DNA of 61,693 bases, the filler included. It is 5 parts of 5 records of this genome, joined end to end, with 100 filler letters (N's around TTAATTAATTAA, not from the genome) between each part and the next. Parts side by side here need not be neighbours in the genome. Positions count along the whole stretch, not along the records: positions 39,977 to 61,693 come from SRR31147125_9317; 4 more parts are not named here. One strand, written 5' to 3'. A program made the position numbers and the translations under genes. Positions 45,001 through 55,393 of the stretch are shown here, in pieces. The notes beneath the pieces were generated by a model, which searched no databases, was not told the DNA's origin, and worked only from the letters and a program-made list of their open reading frames with translations. Positions within the stretch are counted from its first letter, which is position 1. Every line of letters begins with the position of its first letter.

Positions 45001-45597
45001 ATCAACTTCAGAAATAATATCTTCAACGCGGATCAGATCCTTCTCAGTTGCTTCGAGTTTGCGGAATGTTGCTTTTCGTCTTAATTTATATTTGGTAATA
45101 CCTGCCGCTTCTTCGAAAATTTTTCTACGCTCATCCTCTTTTCCGTTCAGAATACGCTCTACCTGAGGCAATTCAATCACGGAATAGGTTCCCGGACCAA
45201 CTCCTGTATCCATAAATAGATCCGTTATATCCTTTAAACGGCACTGTTTACCGTTCATCAGATAGTGACTTTCGCCGGATCTGAATAGACGCCTTGTTAT
45301 AACGATTTCGGCATAGTCGACAGGAAGGATGTTTTTATTATTTTCTATTTTCAGGGATACTTCCGCCATACCAACGGCTTTGGCACTGGCAGAGCCGCTG
45401 AAAATGACATTTTCCATTTTTTCACTTCGCAACGCGCCGCTTTTTTGTTCCCCCATAACCCATCGGATGGAATCGACGATATTACTTTTACCGCATCCGT
45501 TTGGACCAACTATGCCAGTAATACCCCCACGAAACAATACATTTGTTTTTTTAGCAAATGACTTGAAACCAACAATATTTAATTCAGATAAATACAC
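42016..45597 (-). CDS. smc: Chromosome segregation protein SMC
   Basis: GFKSF, GPNGCGKSN, long coiled coils with a hinge, MSGGEK, FDEVDAPLD, VTH. Confidence 0.97.
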   Translation of the reverse strand: MYLSELNIVGFKSFAKKTNVLFRGGITGIVGPNGCGKSNIVDSIRWVMGEQKSGALRSEKMENVIFSGSASAKAVGMAEVSLKIENNKNILPVDYAEIVITRRLFRSGESHYLMNGKQCRLKDITDLFMDTGVGPGTYSVIELPQVERILNGKEDERRKIFEEAAGITKYKLRRKATFRKLEATEKDLIRVEDIISEVDKSVRSLKRQVDKARRFQNLSQELKNSEIKLASYQYAKILDELEPLETQMNLITDERECASSNLAQRDSDYEATRAKLLSLEKGISTEQSKVNDFKHEVQKFEERILVNSERIRSLEETTVRYGLEKDGFTKRLVKLKEQLESMQATYQKAETDLTAKKSEFESLNSLYQEERSAYEKKRTQAREIEANLLSITEELSLKQNEGERLKATNDGLSQRIKQLEEDDTKNKERWVSLEKRLSEAEEKEQNLLDDLDEKIELLDKKEKELDITKRSLESLQKADLQDQNRIDNLENQADLLKRLIENYEDYPSGVRYLASLKNDSFKSLGPLANLILVQQQYRPAIAAALGEAATYLVVEDKDSAYSGMGLLKQEKKGLVSFLPLKQVVFQSHKHPVVQDLGVVGWANELVRNEEKLKPIINGLLGSFLIVQDLQTAHRLFDTVKDQHINIVTLNGEVLGHWGLLRGGSQSKRQSDFVGRQEQLKTLLNEIEQLQQISEDRQEKIIDKETASEELKRELERLSKETKELEEKGALVKIEIGKLKFEEQTLTETREKHDIERKTLLEKMDLLGRNLEVQTFGTEDLQTKRRQLSEQSSLNTQELAKAEQQVNEFSTKVQAINVKVARLQSDYQSLKRESDSVKQQITETENLITFREKESNNAREEITELSEVNKAYTDQIAEIKKKLDIAQSQLDELEEQQYDANTQIADQEKQIRAARSKSDELSESVHQIQLRVSELKLRLENMQHRMLEEFEHDLKREPIDKDFNLEETHNRIEKFRGRMKSLGPVNLLALKEYEQEKERLDFLQAQKDDLLQAKKNLTDTINIINNTAKQQFLETFEQVQANFTKVFTTFFEGGRASIVLRDHNDPLESDIDIFATPGGKRLSSLQLMSGGEKSLTAISILFAIYLVKPSPFCIFDEVDAPLDDQNTKRFTKALKEFSDNTQFLVVTHNKLTMRASDQIYGVTMAEEGVSKLVSVKFDSETFDNITTDAEVTKN

Positions 45598-45732
45598 AGT
45601 ATAGACATCTTTTAGTTTATGAACAAATTCAATTCAGTTATAGCTTGAAAAGATACCACGCCTTTCATCAAAAGTCAAGCGATATTTCACGATAGTTATG
45701 GCTTTGTTAGTTGTTAATAATTAATCATTTGA

Positions 45733-48263
45733 TCATATGGGCCATTTAATGTATCTGGCATAATAATCCACAAATGCCAGTAGAGATTTAGAATGTTCCA
45801 AATAAAGGCCAAAACTAAAGCCAAATACAAGCAAAACAGCAAAAAATAGTATTATTGTAGAAAACGTGCTTGATTGCAGGATGACTTTAGCGCCGCGTAT
45901 ACTACGCCCCAGAAACCAAAGTAACAGAGCACTCAGAAATAAAATGGAGGGTAGAATAAAAGTTTGTTTATTTAGTAAATGAAACATAATTATTGCCAAA
46001 GGCAATGCAAAAATGAAATTGGCTGGTACCCAAAAAATAAATGTGACAATTTTTGATAGTTTTAAAAATCGTTTTTGAATAATAACAATCAGCTTGAACA
46101 GGAGGATATGCAAAATCATTGTAAAAAGTATCAGAAAACTGATTGTCATTATTAACACGATAGGGTGCCAGATAATCCAGATAATCCGATATTTCGTAAC
46201 AGGATCTGTAAAAATCCATGTCAATATCGTGTCAAACAGAGTGAATGTCCGAAAGTGGTAAATAAAGCTTGACAGGATAAGAGAAACCGTCAATATCGCA
46301 GTCACGCCAACGGCTCCTGTTAAAAAAGGATTAACCCATCTGTTCTCAACCAGATCTGTATAGAAACCATGCGGGAACATAAAGATGCGCCGGAGATGCC
46401 CTCTGAGTCGCCGATCGCTCTTTAATAGAGTAAGAAAAAGTAAAAATAACGTTAAACCAAACAACTGAAATGTAATGGGTTGTTGATCTAAATCAACAGG
46501 GGGCAAAATTTCAGGAAAAGGTTTTTTGCTAAAGGCTGCCTGAATAATTCCAAAGGCGGGTCTCTTTCTATTTTCCATATCCAGAAGCCCGGCCAGATAA
46601 AGAGTGGGGTTTTTTCTAATGCCCCAATATGTATGGGGCGTCTCGCTTTTCCAGTCCCGTAATGGGCTGTAGATAAAGGCTGAAGAATCCGTGTCTGACA
46701 ATTGTCGAACTGCCGTTTTTAAGCTTTGAGCCTGGTTCCTTTCTGCCAGCGTATAATCTTTATCGAACCTGTGCAAAGGGGATGTTAATTGATAGAGTGT
46801 CGGCAGGTGGTTTTTGCTTAAAGGATTTTTCATTTCCAGGAGATTAACATCGAGTATCTGAAAATCTATTGGCAGAGATTGTTCCTGATTTGCAAAGCTC
46901 TTTACTCCTGCATATAGAGGTCGGTTGTCATTTTTTTCGCCTGATCGGATAATTTTTGTAAAAAAGTTATGGTTTTCTCGTCAGACACGTCAAAACCTGT
47001 TCCAAGTCCCCAGGCTAACACAGAAGGATGAACTTTGAATTGTTTTATAAATTCAGAGAGAACCTTTAAAGCATTCCGGGAAAAATCTAAATTACCTAAT
47101 AAATCGGGAGGAACATTTATAACAGGAATTTCGATCAAAGTCCTTAATCCCAGACTATCGCATGAATCCAGTAAATACTCGGGCGGCCATTCCGATATAA
47201 TTCGAACTGTATTTGCGTTTAATTCACGGATTGTTTTTAAATCCTGGTCGATTTGTTTTTTTAGAGAGGCGTTGTCAAGTTGATGTAATGTTATATCATC
47301 GATCCATTCAACAGCTTTTATGGATGTAAAGTGAAAGTCAGATTTTGAATCTTTTGATTGTGGAAGGAGTTGAGTCAAATCGAGCGGAATGTCAGCTTGT
47401 TGGATAATCTCGTTAGTATTAAATAATGTCAGTTTTAAATGATAGATAGAAGGTAAACCGTCCTCCCGGATGTAAGATTGTTTGATCGGAACCGGAAATT
47501 TAAAGAGATTGTTTTCGTCAATATGACCTTTTATGTTTTTCCACGATTGGCTCCAGACAGGTTTTTTTTCACTGTCTTTATATAGGATAGCAGTATAATG
47601 AAGTGGGTTCTTGCGAGTTGATTTGTCTTTTATATTGCTGTCTTGTTCTAAAATAAAAGAGTTGAGAACGTTAAAATGAGTTGAATCTTTTTGCGCTCCA
47701 AAAACATGCAAAAAACCGATCCCCGGTGTATTAAATGCTGTTAAAAATATATCGCGATGGATGCCGCAGCCGGAGATTGGAAGTCCATTTCTGCTCACCT
47801 TCAGGGGAACGGTATTTTTATAATTGAGGTGATTATCCAGCTGGATGATTAATTCATTTTGTTGATTTATAAGAATGTTATCCCTGTTCAAATCAACATA
47901 AAATGCCGCAGCCGTGGAATGACTTGTTAGTCTCTTGCCATTTAAAAACAGGCTACATGCGCCATTAATACTTTTAAAATATAATTGATAGGTGTGTGCC
48001 GTAAAACCTGAATCTGGTTTGAAAAATTTACGAAAAATAAACGTCCCTTGTTTTCCAAGGTGAGATGGTATATTGATTTGAGACCATGTTTTTTCGTTAC
48101 TTTCCTTATATTCCCACTTGCCAGACAAGTCCATCGTCTGATGATTTTTAACAGAGTGTTTTACATCAACGATATTATAGTCATATGTAATTTCGGCTAA
48201 TACATTATGAAAAAGGCAGGCGAAAAAAATGAAAAACGCAAATACAGTCAGATTTTTACTCAT
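45733..48263 (-). CDS. GH2-like sugar-binding/TIM-barrel protein with C-terminal membrane domain (split near 46931-46937)
   Basis: DLSGKW, GIHRDI, NANTVR, HPSVLAWGLG (no NE acid/base), GL.D..R.., then about six TM helices. Confidence 0.65.
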
Positions 48264-48363
48264 TGTAGAAATGTGCTTCCCGGAAAAAAAGTGATTTGTT
48301 TGCAAGGTTATTTATTATCCGCATCCGTGCAGATTCGATTGCCTGTGGCTGGCTTTTAGTCAT

Positions 48364-48948
48364 TTATACATTCTGATGTTTTTTCTTTGATCTCAGCACA
48401 ACACTGCTAAAAATGAATAATCCAGCAATATAAAGAGTCACTCCAAAACTCAATTGGAGAAAATCAGCATAGGTGGGATTCATTTTTAGAGACGACTGGG
48501 ATGGATTGTCCGGATTATAATGAACCCGGATCTCGAGTCCGGAATTATATTTTTTGACAAGCTTTTCAGCTGCGTCACGTCTGTTTATTCTGCCACCAAA
48601 TCCGGGCATATTCAAAAAGGAGCGAGCTGTAAATGTCTTCCCATCTACATGATACTCGTAAAAGATTTCAGGATGAAATGCCCGGTCTCCAACGACTTTG
48701 GAGGACGTTATTCTTCCAATTGTTGTAGGCCAGTTTTTGTTGTGATAGATATTCGTCACATCATTGGATTTGATAACAATCACTATACCACCGGCTATCA
48801 CTAACACTAATGAAAAGCCTGAAAGAAGGGCTCGTGTTTTGTTTTTTTCAGGCGCTATCTTCAAGTTGAACAAAATCCGAGTGAAAAGAACAGCGATACT
48901 TATTGTCAGTAAAAGTCCTAAAGCCAGCATAAGCTTGACTCCTGTCAA
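48364..48948 (-). CDS. DUF3592-like membrane protein
   Basis: WP.T.G.I..S, YEYHVDG, VHYNPDNP..S.L. Confidence 0.75.
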   Translation of the reverse strand: MTGVKLMLALGLLLTISIAVLFTRILFNLKIAPEKNKTRALLSGFSLVLVIAGGIVIVIKSNDVTNIYHNKNWPTTIGRITSSKVVGDRAFHPEIFYEYHVDGKTFTARSFLNMPGFGGRINRRDAAEKLVKKYNSGLEIRVHYNPDNPSQSSLKMNPTYADFLQLSFGVTLYIAGLFIFSSVVLRSKKKHQNV

Positions 48949-49607
48949 GTAACAAGAGATGATAGATGACTTGTTTCACCCCAACTTGCTAAAGTCCACT
49001 GATTATTTTGGATGAAAAAACGATTTATCCCACAATTTTCGTGTCTAAGCTTTATGCGGGAAGTCATTGGGATATTGAAAGCATATTTAAAAAAATCATA
49101 CAAGATGCCGCCATGAGTTATAATCAGGATTTTCTGAGCGTGATGTTTAGCAAGAACATCATCAATAAACTGAGAAACCCGGTAGAATTTTTGTCTTTTG
49201 CTTTCACCGTTTGGAATAACAAAATCCGGATCACCATTTTGGAAAGATTCAGCCTCTCTGGCATATTTAATGCTAATTTTATCCCAACTCAAACCCTGGA
49301 ATATGCCAAAATTCATTTCTCGAATACGACTGTCGAGATGAACTTCCTGCCCGACTTTGTTTGAGATCTTTTGAGCGGTTTGACTCGCTCTTTTCAAGTC
49401 ACTGCTATAAATAACATTTATAGTTTCACGATTTATTCTTTTAGCCGTTAATTCGGCCTGTTTATGACCCACTTCATTCAGCGTTACATCTAAATGTCCC
49501 TGAAATAAGCGATTCGCATTATGGTCTGTTTCGCCGTGTCTGATAATTAAAAGTTCCGTAGGTTGGTTGTTACCGTTGTTACCGCTGTTACCGTTGTTGC
49601 CAGCTAT
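48945..49607 (-). CDS. Histidine phosphatase (phosphoglycerate mutase-like); real start lies upstream of the tracked ORF
   Basis: RHGET is in frame upstream of 49472; SSDLKRA.QTA, REMNFG, THGG. AAGGAGG sits 6 nt before an ATA codon at 49607. Confidence 0.88.
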   Translation of the reverse strand: MAGNNGNSGNNGNNQPTELLIIRHGETDHNANRLFQGHLDVTLNEVGHKQAELTAKRINRETINVIYSSDLKRASQTAQKISNKVGQEVHLDSRIREMNFGIFQGLSWDKISIKYAREAESFQNGDPDFVIPNGESKRQKFYRVSQFIDDVLAKHHAQKILIITHGGILYDFFKYAFNIPMTSRIKLRHENCGINRFFIQNNQWTLASWGETSHLSSLVT

Positions 49608-49810
49608 AATTGACCTCCTTTTCTGATTTATTACTAAGTTAAGATAATTGCTGCATCAATTCAATAAAAAAGTCGAAGGAATAGGCCCTGAGATTGGAAC
49701 ATTTATGCACATTAGATTGTCTGTTACAATAAAATCTTCTTTTATTTTTACGAAATAATTCTTGATTATAGAGTGTATAATACTGTTGACATTAAACTTT
49801 GAGGGGTAAT

Positions 49811-50776
49811 ATGAAAAAATGTGCATGGGGATTAATTGGTTGTGGAGATATTTCTCAAAAACGAGTTGCTCCGGCAATCAGAGATTTGAAAAATTGTGAT
49901 TTTATCGCTGTGAACAGAGCGAATTACCACCTGGCCGACGCTTTTGCCAAAGAATTCGGTGCAAAAAAGTCCTATAAAACCTGGCCGGAATTGATAAAGG
50001 ATGATGAAATAGAGGCTATTTATATTGCCACTCCTGTGTTTTTACATGCCGAGCAAACGATTATGGCGGCTGAAGCTGGCAAGCATGTCTTGTGTGAGAA
50101 ACCGATGGCATTGAACGTCCCGGAATGTGATAAAATGATTGACGCGTGCAAAGCAAATAATGTCAAATTGGGAATCGCATATTACCGTCACTTTTATCCA
50201 ATAATTGATCGGATAAAAGAGTTACTTAAAGCAGGCGAAATCGGAGATATTGTTCTGGCGCAAATAAACGCCTTTGAATGGTTTGACCGCACTCCAGGTG
50301 AACCGCGATCCTGGTTGCTCGATAAAAAAATGGCTGGTGGTGGCCCTATGATGGATTTTGGTTGTCATAGAATTGAAGTGTTTATGAACATTCTGGGTTC
50401 CATAAGCAAGACATACGGTCATACAAGTCTTAATCATTTTCAACGCAATGTTGAGGATACTGCATTTGCTCATTTTGAATTTGAAAGCGGTGCTCAGGCT
50501 ATCCTTTCCGTAACACAGGCAGCCATGGACTCTATGGATACATTGGATGTCTTTGGCACAAAAGGCTCATTACATATTCCGGTGCTTAATGAAGGCACAA
50601 TGATTGTCAAAACAACAAATGGACAATGGGAGGAAAAATGTCCACCTCACACAAATTTCCATCAACCTCTGATTGATGATTTTAGCACATCTGTGTTGAA
50701 TGGAAAGGAGCCAAAAGTTAATGGTCAGATTGGCAAAGAAGTGAATGAGATTCTGGAACAAATATATGTAGAATAA
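49811..50776 (+). CDS. Gfo/Idh/MocA oxidoreductase
   Basis: GLIGCG, YIATP..LH, GKHVLCEKP, GGGPMMDFGCH. Confidence 0.92.
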   Translation: MKKCAWGLIGCGDISQKRVAPAIRDLKNCDFIAVNRANYHLADAFAKEFGAKKSYKTWPELIKDDEIEAIYIATPVFLHAEQTIMAAEAGKHVLCEKPMALNVPECDKMIDACKANNVKLGIAYYRHFYPIIDRIKELLKAGEIGDIVLAQINAFEWFDRTPGEPRSWLLDKKMAGGGPMMDFGCHRIEVFMNILGSISKTYGHTSLNHFQRNVEDTAFAHFEFESGAQAILSVTQAAMDSMDTLDVFGTKGSLHIPVLNEGTMIVKTTNGQWEEKCPPHTNFHQPLIDDFSTSVLNGKEPKVNGQIGKEVNEILEQIYVE

Positions 50777-50820
50777 TGGCATAACTCGGTTACTTGAGTT
50801 CAACTAGCAAGGGGTAAAAA

Positions 50821-52185
50821 ATGGCCGTAAAAAAAGATTTTGAATGGAAATGTTATCCACAGGCTGAAAAAGTTCTATTGCAATGGTTACAAACCGCATG
50901 TCAAAATAATCCGGCTATTTTTAAATTAGAACGGGAGCTGCAAGAGGTCACAAGCACACGGCTTTTTGATTGGATCGATCATTTTATTATTCCCTTTTCA
51001 GATAATGTTCAAAATCAACTTCAGGAACTCGGTTTCGCGCAGGAAAAAGGTCATGATGTGGGACGCGTTTATTATCATCCTGGTGCACTGTTCCCGCGGG
51101 TTTTAATGACCAATAATGAGTTAACATCGTATTTGGGGATTACCATAAAAGTAGACCGTATTGCTGATTTTTTAATGATGCACAACCTTTCCTTACCGAT
51201 TGAGGGGACTGTTTTCAGTGGTTATCGGAGATGTCGTGTCAATATAGAAAACAAAACGGAATTCATTATTATTGAGCGGCGGGGAACAAGGACACTTGAG
51301 CCTACCTTTGTATCAACGGATCAAACAGATAGCTATTTAAGGGCGATGGAACTATGGCAGACACGGCCACGTGATTTGACCAGCGACGATGAGGCGATGA
51401 ATCAAACATTGACTGTGGCAGAAGAAATTGTGGATCTGCTTGGTAAGGAGATGGCTGCCAGTGTTGTCCTGGAGTGTGAACGCAAATTTTGGCAAGTTCG
51501 AAATGTGGCCGGACACATTCAAAAAGGACGGCAGGATCGCGTTGGAATGGGATGGGCCAACCATGATCATTATACTTTTAGAAGTTCCAGGTTTCTTTTT
51601 CCGCGTCTGGTTCAGTTATTTGAAATTCTTGGATTTTATTGCCGGGAAAAGTTTTATGCGGGTGAACAAGCCGGGTGGGGCGCACAAGTTATGGAGAACA
51701 GTCAGAGCGGGCATGTTCTTTTTCTGGACCTTGATCTTACTTCCGCGGAATTGGAAATTGATTTTGCGCATCAATCACTACAATCTTTAAATAAAGTGGG
51801 AACAGTTGGACTCTGGTGTGCTTTACACGGAGATTCAATTTTGCAGGCAGGCATGCATCACCTTGAAGCTCAATTTGATTTCGATAATCTTGTAAAGAGT
51901 CTGAAACGCTATGGTGTTGAGACCATGGAGCCTTTTAGTCAATTTTCTTATTTGAAACAAGCTTTTACCAAAGGCGAATTGTGGCTTGTTCGGGCAAATC
52001 GGATTGATTCCCTTTTGCGTAAGGGAATCATCACTAAAAAAGAAGCGGATATATTTAAAAGCCGTGGTGCCATCGGCAGCCACATGGAAAATTTACAAAG
52101 GCGTGAAGGCTTTAAAGGTTTTAATCAGCTCAACGTCAGTAAGATTATTAAAAAGACAGATCCACGAAAAGCCACTTTAACCTGA
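50821..52185 (+). CDS. Uncharacterised protein, possibly a VOC-fold metalloenzyme
   Basis: DWIDH, GWANHDHYTFRSSR, GMHHLEAQF, HMENLQR: His/His/Glu candidates for metal binding. Confidence 0.5.
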   Translation: MAVKKDFEWKCYPQAEKVLLQWLQTACQNNPAIFKLERELQEVTSTRLFDWIDHFIIPFSDNVQNQLQELGFAQEKGHDVGRVYYHPGALFPRVLMTNNELTSYLGITIKVDRIADFLMMHNLSLPIEGTVFSGYRRCRVNIENKTEFIIIERRGTRTLEPTFVSTDQTDSYLRAMELWQTRPRDLTSDDEAMNQTLTVAEEIVDLLGKEMAASVVLECERKFWQVRNVAGHIQKGRQDRVGMGWANHDHYTFRSSRFLFPRLVQLFEILGFYCREKFYAGEQAGWGAQVMENSQSGHVLFLDLDLTSAELEIDFAHQSLQSLNKVGTVGLWCALHGDSILQAGMHHLEAQFDFDNLVKSLKRYGVETMEPFSQFSYLKQAFTKGELWLVRANRIDSLLRKGIITKKEADIFKSRGAIGSHMENLQRREGFKGFNQLNVSKIIKKTDPRKATLT

Positions 52186-52237
52186 TGCCTGAGTTTTGAG
52201 TTGTCTGAAATTTGTATTTAATTTAAAATGAAAAAAA

Positions 52238-53038
52238 TTATCGTTCGTATAACGAAACACTGCCATTTACTGTACTAAGACTAATGGTATTTCCCCCACC
52301 TCTTATTTGACCCTGAACATTTTTTGAATTCCAGGTCCCATTTATCTCAAGGGGAAAGTCTGTCCGGATTCCGCCATTAACAGTGGTTGCATCTATATCA
52401 GCATTTATGTCATCAGGAAGATAGAGCTTAATACTGCCATTCGTCGTTCGCAATGAAACATTATGGGCAAAACGGGATTCGCTCATTTCAAAAACAACAC
52501 CACCATTTGTTGTTTTGGCCTCAATAGGTCCGATTATTTCTTCAAGGATTATTTTGCCGTTGGTCGTTTGCAGATCCGCTTCGCCTTCAATATTAATCAC
52601 TTCGATATTTCCATTGACCGTCATACATTCAAGGTTTGATTTATAGGGCACTTTGATCCAGTATTCAATATTGACCTTATTTTTATGTGATCCAAAAATC
52701 CAGTCAAAAAAACCACTATTGCCAGGTGATTTTGAATAGTTTGAATGAATGAATAATTTATCACCTTTTTTCTTTACAAAAATGTCAATTTTATCCAGGA
52801 TTTTTTCTAAATCTCTGCTATTTCTTGATTTAACCTCAATGTCGGCAAATACTTCCACAGATTCTTCATCCCAGGATTCGACATAAATAGTGCCGTTTAT
52901 ATTATCGATTTTTATGTGCCCATTTTGAGTGAATTCATATTCATGCTCGAATTCTTTTGAACCTGTTCCCGCTGACAAAAGAGCAGCAGAGATCAAGAAA
53001 CAGAATGTAGCAACATTTATCAAGGTTTTGAATCGCAA
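52238..53038 (-). CDS. DUF4097-type beta-strand-repeat secreted protein
   Basis: Repeated T(T/V)NG.I motifs; signal peptide; AGGAGG RBS before TTG. Confidence 0.8.
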   Translation of the reverse strand: MRFKTLINVATFCFLISAALLSAGTGSKEFEHEYEFTQNGHIKIDNINGTIYVESWDEESVEVFADIEVKSRNSRDLEKILDKIDIFVKKKGDKLFIHSNYSKSPGNSGFFDWIFGSHKNKVNIEYWIKVPYKSNLECMTVNGNIEVINIEGEADLQTTNGKIILEEIIGPIEAKTTNGGVVFEMSESRFAHNVSLRTTNGSIKLYLPDDINADIDATTVNGGIRTDFPLEINGTWNSKNVQGQIRGGGNTISLSTVNGSVSLYER

Positions 53039-53365
53039 AAAATGCCTCCTGTGAGTTTTAATTATTATGCCGAATTAATCGATTTTTTAACAAATGAGAG
53101 TGATTTTTAAAAAAAACATTTTATCGCTCGTGACTATCATCTTTATATATTATTAACGAGTGAAATTAAAAAAAGTTACTTGAAATAATTTAAATAATAA
53201 TTAATATTTATATGAATCCTGTCCATTGTAGAAACTTTTTAAAGAGGAAAAGTATAAAAGTTAATAAAAAAATTGACATTTTCGTTAAAAATGTTTTTAT
53301 CTTATTTAACTCTTTGCATGGACCATTAATTCATAAGAATTTTTAACTTAAAATTTGTAAAAAAC

Positions 53366-55291
53366 ATGATTAAAAATATTCTGTTTGATTTTGAAAATAT
53401 AATCGTTAATGTACATGGAACGGATCTTTTAATAAATAATGTGCTTTCCCGGCTATCCCCGGAGAAACGACAAGAATATAACAATAAATTAAAAAAGTTT
53501 AAAGTCAATGATCAGGTTGACAGTTTTCAGCAATTTTTAGATGTGGTTAAAGTGTGTCAAAGTGACGTAAAGGCAACTGGTCAAAAAATGTTCGATTTAA
53601 TTGATCCCAATGTGAAGGAAACAATTTTTATTTTAAAAGACCAGGGATGCAAAATTTTTGTTTTTAGTAGTAGCTTCAAAGATGTTATTAGACCAGTTAC
53701 AGACGCATTAAAGTTAAACGAGGAAAATGTTTTTGCGAACGAATTACTTTATGATGGAGAATATGTAAGCGGCATAAATAAAACGAATCCTCTCAAATTT
53801 AGTCTTGGAAACATAGTGGTTGTTGAAAAGCTGAAAAACGAGGGACGGTTACTGGGCAGCACAGCGGTTGTTGGTAATAGAGAGGCGGATCTTACATTAC
53901 GCAAAAATGATATAGTGGATATGTTTGTATATTTTACGAATTCCACTATGGATAAAAATATTTTCCAGCAAGCTGATTTTTATGTGGAACGTATCGAACA
54001 ACTTTTATTATTATTTAGCTCGGAAGAAAAGCTGGCTAATAAAAAACTTTTTACATTTAGTGTCCCATCAGATGAGGAACCGAATGCGAAACAGTCCAGG
54101 ATATTGTTACTGGAAAACGTACATAAAAAAGCAATCAAACAACTGCAACAAAGTGGTTTTGATGTTTTATTATTAAAAAGTGCGCTTGATGAAGATGATC
54201 TTTGTCGTGAAGCGCAAAATGCAAGAGCGTTGGGCATTCGTTCAAAGACACATGTGACCGCCCACGTCATTAAAAATTTAAAGAATTTATGGACAATAGG
54301 TGCCTATTGTATCGGTACCAATCAAATAGATCTGGAAGCCGCTGCAGAGGCTGGAATTCCTGTTTTTAATGCGCCTTATAGTAATACTCGTAGTGTTGCT
54401 GAATTGGTTGTTGGAGAAACCATTATGTTGATGCGACGGGTGTTTGAAAAAAGTAGTGCTGCACATCAGGGAAAATGGCAAAAATCCGCTGCAGGCAGCT
54501 CTGAAGTGCGGGGAAAAACAATCGGTATTATCGGATATGGGCATATTGGATCCCAGGTATCGGTTTTGCTTGAACATATGGGCATGACAGTGATTTATTA
54601 TGACATTGTTGATAAATTACCCCTTGGAAATGCAGAGTCGGTTGCAAGTTTGTATGATTTATTGGAAAGAGCGGATATTATCACATTACATGTTCCGGAT
54701 ACAATTGATACGCGAGGCATGATAGGAGAAACGGAGATAAGACGAATGAAAAGAGGTGCCTATCTCATTAATTCGAGTCGTGGAAAAGTAGTGAATCTTT
54801 TTGAATTAAAGAGGGCCCTAGAAGATGGTCACCTTGCTGGTGCTGCTGTAGATGTTTTTCCTGATGAACCCAATAGACCAGAAGATGTTTTTCAGTCTCC
54901 TTTACAGAATAGTTCCAATGTTATCCTGACCCCCCACATTGGCGGGAGTACGAAGGAAGCGCAGGAAAATATTGCCGGTTATGTCAGTTACAAACTGGAA
55001 AAATATTTAACAACAGGTTCTACAAAGGGTTCGATCAATTTTCCTGAAATTGATATGCCACGAGTGGCTGGAATGCACCGAATCCTTCATATACATCGAA
55101 ATGTTCCCGGGGTCCTGGCAAAAATTAATAGTGTTTTTGCCAGGCGACAAATTAATGTGGAAGCACAAACATTGCAAACCAAAGGTAAAATCGGTTACCT
55201 GATAGTGGATGTAGAACAGGCCAGGTCGGAACAGGTACTGTATTTGATGCAGCATATAACCGAAACAATTCGTGCGCGACGAATTGTTTAA
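53366..55291 (+). CDS. serA: D-3-phosphoglycerate dehydrogenase with an N-terminal HAD (SerB-like) domain
   Basis: LGIRSKT, CIGTNQ, NAPYSNTRSVAEL, GIIGYGHIG, LTPHIGGST.EAQ, ACT (H.NVPGVL). The first ~220 aa are HAD-like. Confidence 0.9.
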   Translation: MIKNILFDFENIIVNVHGTDLLINNVLSRLSPEKRQEYNNKLKKFKVNDQVDSFQQFLDVVKVCQSDVKATGQKMFDLIDPNVKETIFILKDQGCKIFVFSSSFKDVIRPVTDALKLNEENVFANELLYDGEYVSGINKTNPLKFSLGNIVVVEKLKNEGRLLGSTAVVGNREADLTLRKNDIVDMFVYFTNSTMDKNIFQQADFYVERIEQLLLLFSSEEKLANKKLFTFSVPSDEEPNAKQSRILLLENVHKKAIKQLQQSGFDVLLLKSALDEDDLCREAQNARALGIRSKTHVTAHVIKNLKNLWTIGAYCIGTNQIDLEAAAEAGIPVFNAPYSNTRSVAELVVGETIMLMRRVFEKSSAAHQGKWQKSAAGSSEVRGKTIGIIGYGHIGSQVSVLLEHMGMTVIYYDIVDKLPLGNAESVASLYDLLERADIITLHVPDTIDTRGMIGETEIRRMKRGAYLINSSRGKVVNLFELKRALEDGHLAGAAVDVFPDEPNRPEDVFQSPLQNSSNVILTPHIGGSTKEAQENIAGYVSYKLEKYLTTGSTKGSINFPEIDMPRVAGMHRILHIHRNVPGVLAKINSVFARRQINVEAQTLQTKGKIGYLIVDVEQARSEQVLYLMQHITETIRARRIV

Positions 55292-55393
55292 TGAGACATG
55301 CGTTGATAAATGGTAAGATCATTTCAGGAATCGACAAGGATAAAGTTTTAATGAGATTTTTGTTTCATGATATTTTTTCTGCCCGAAAGCCGT

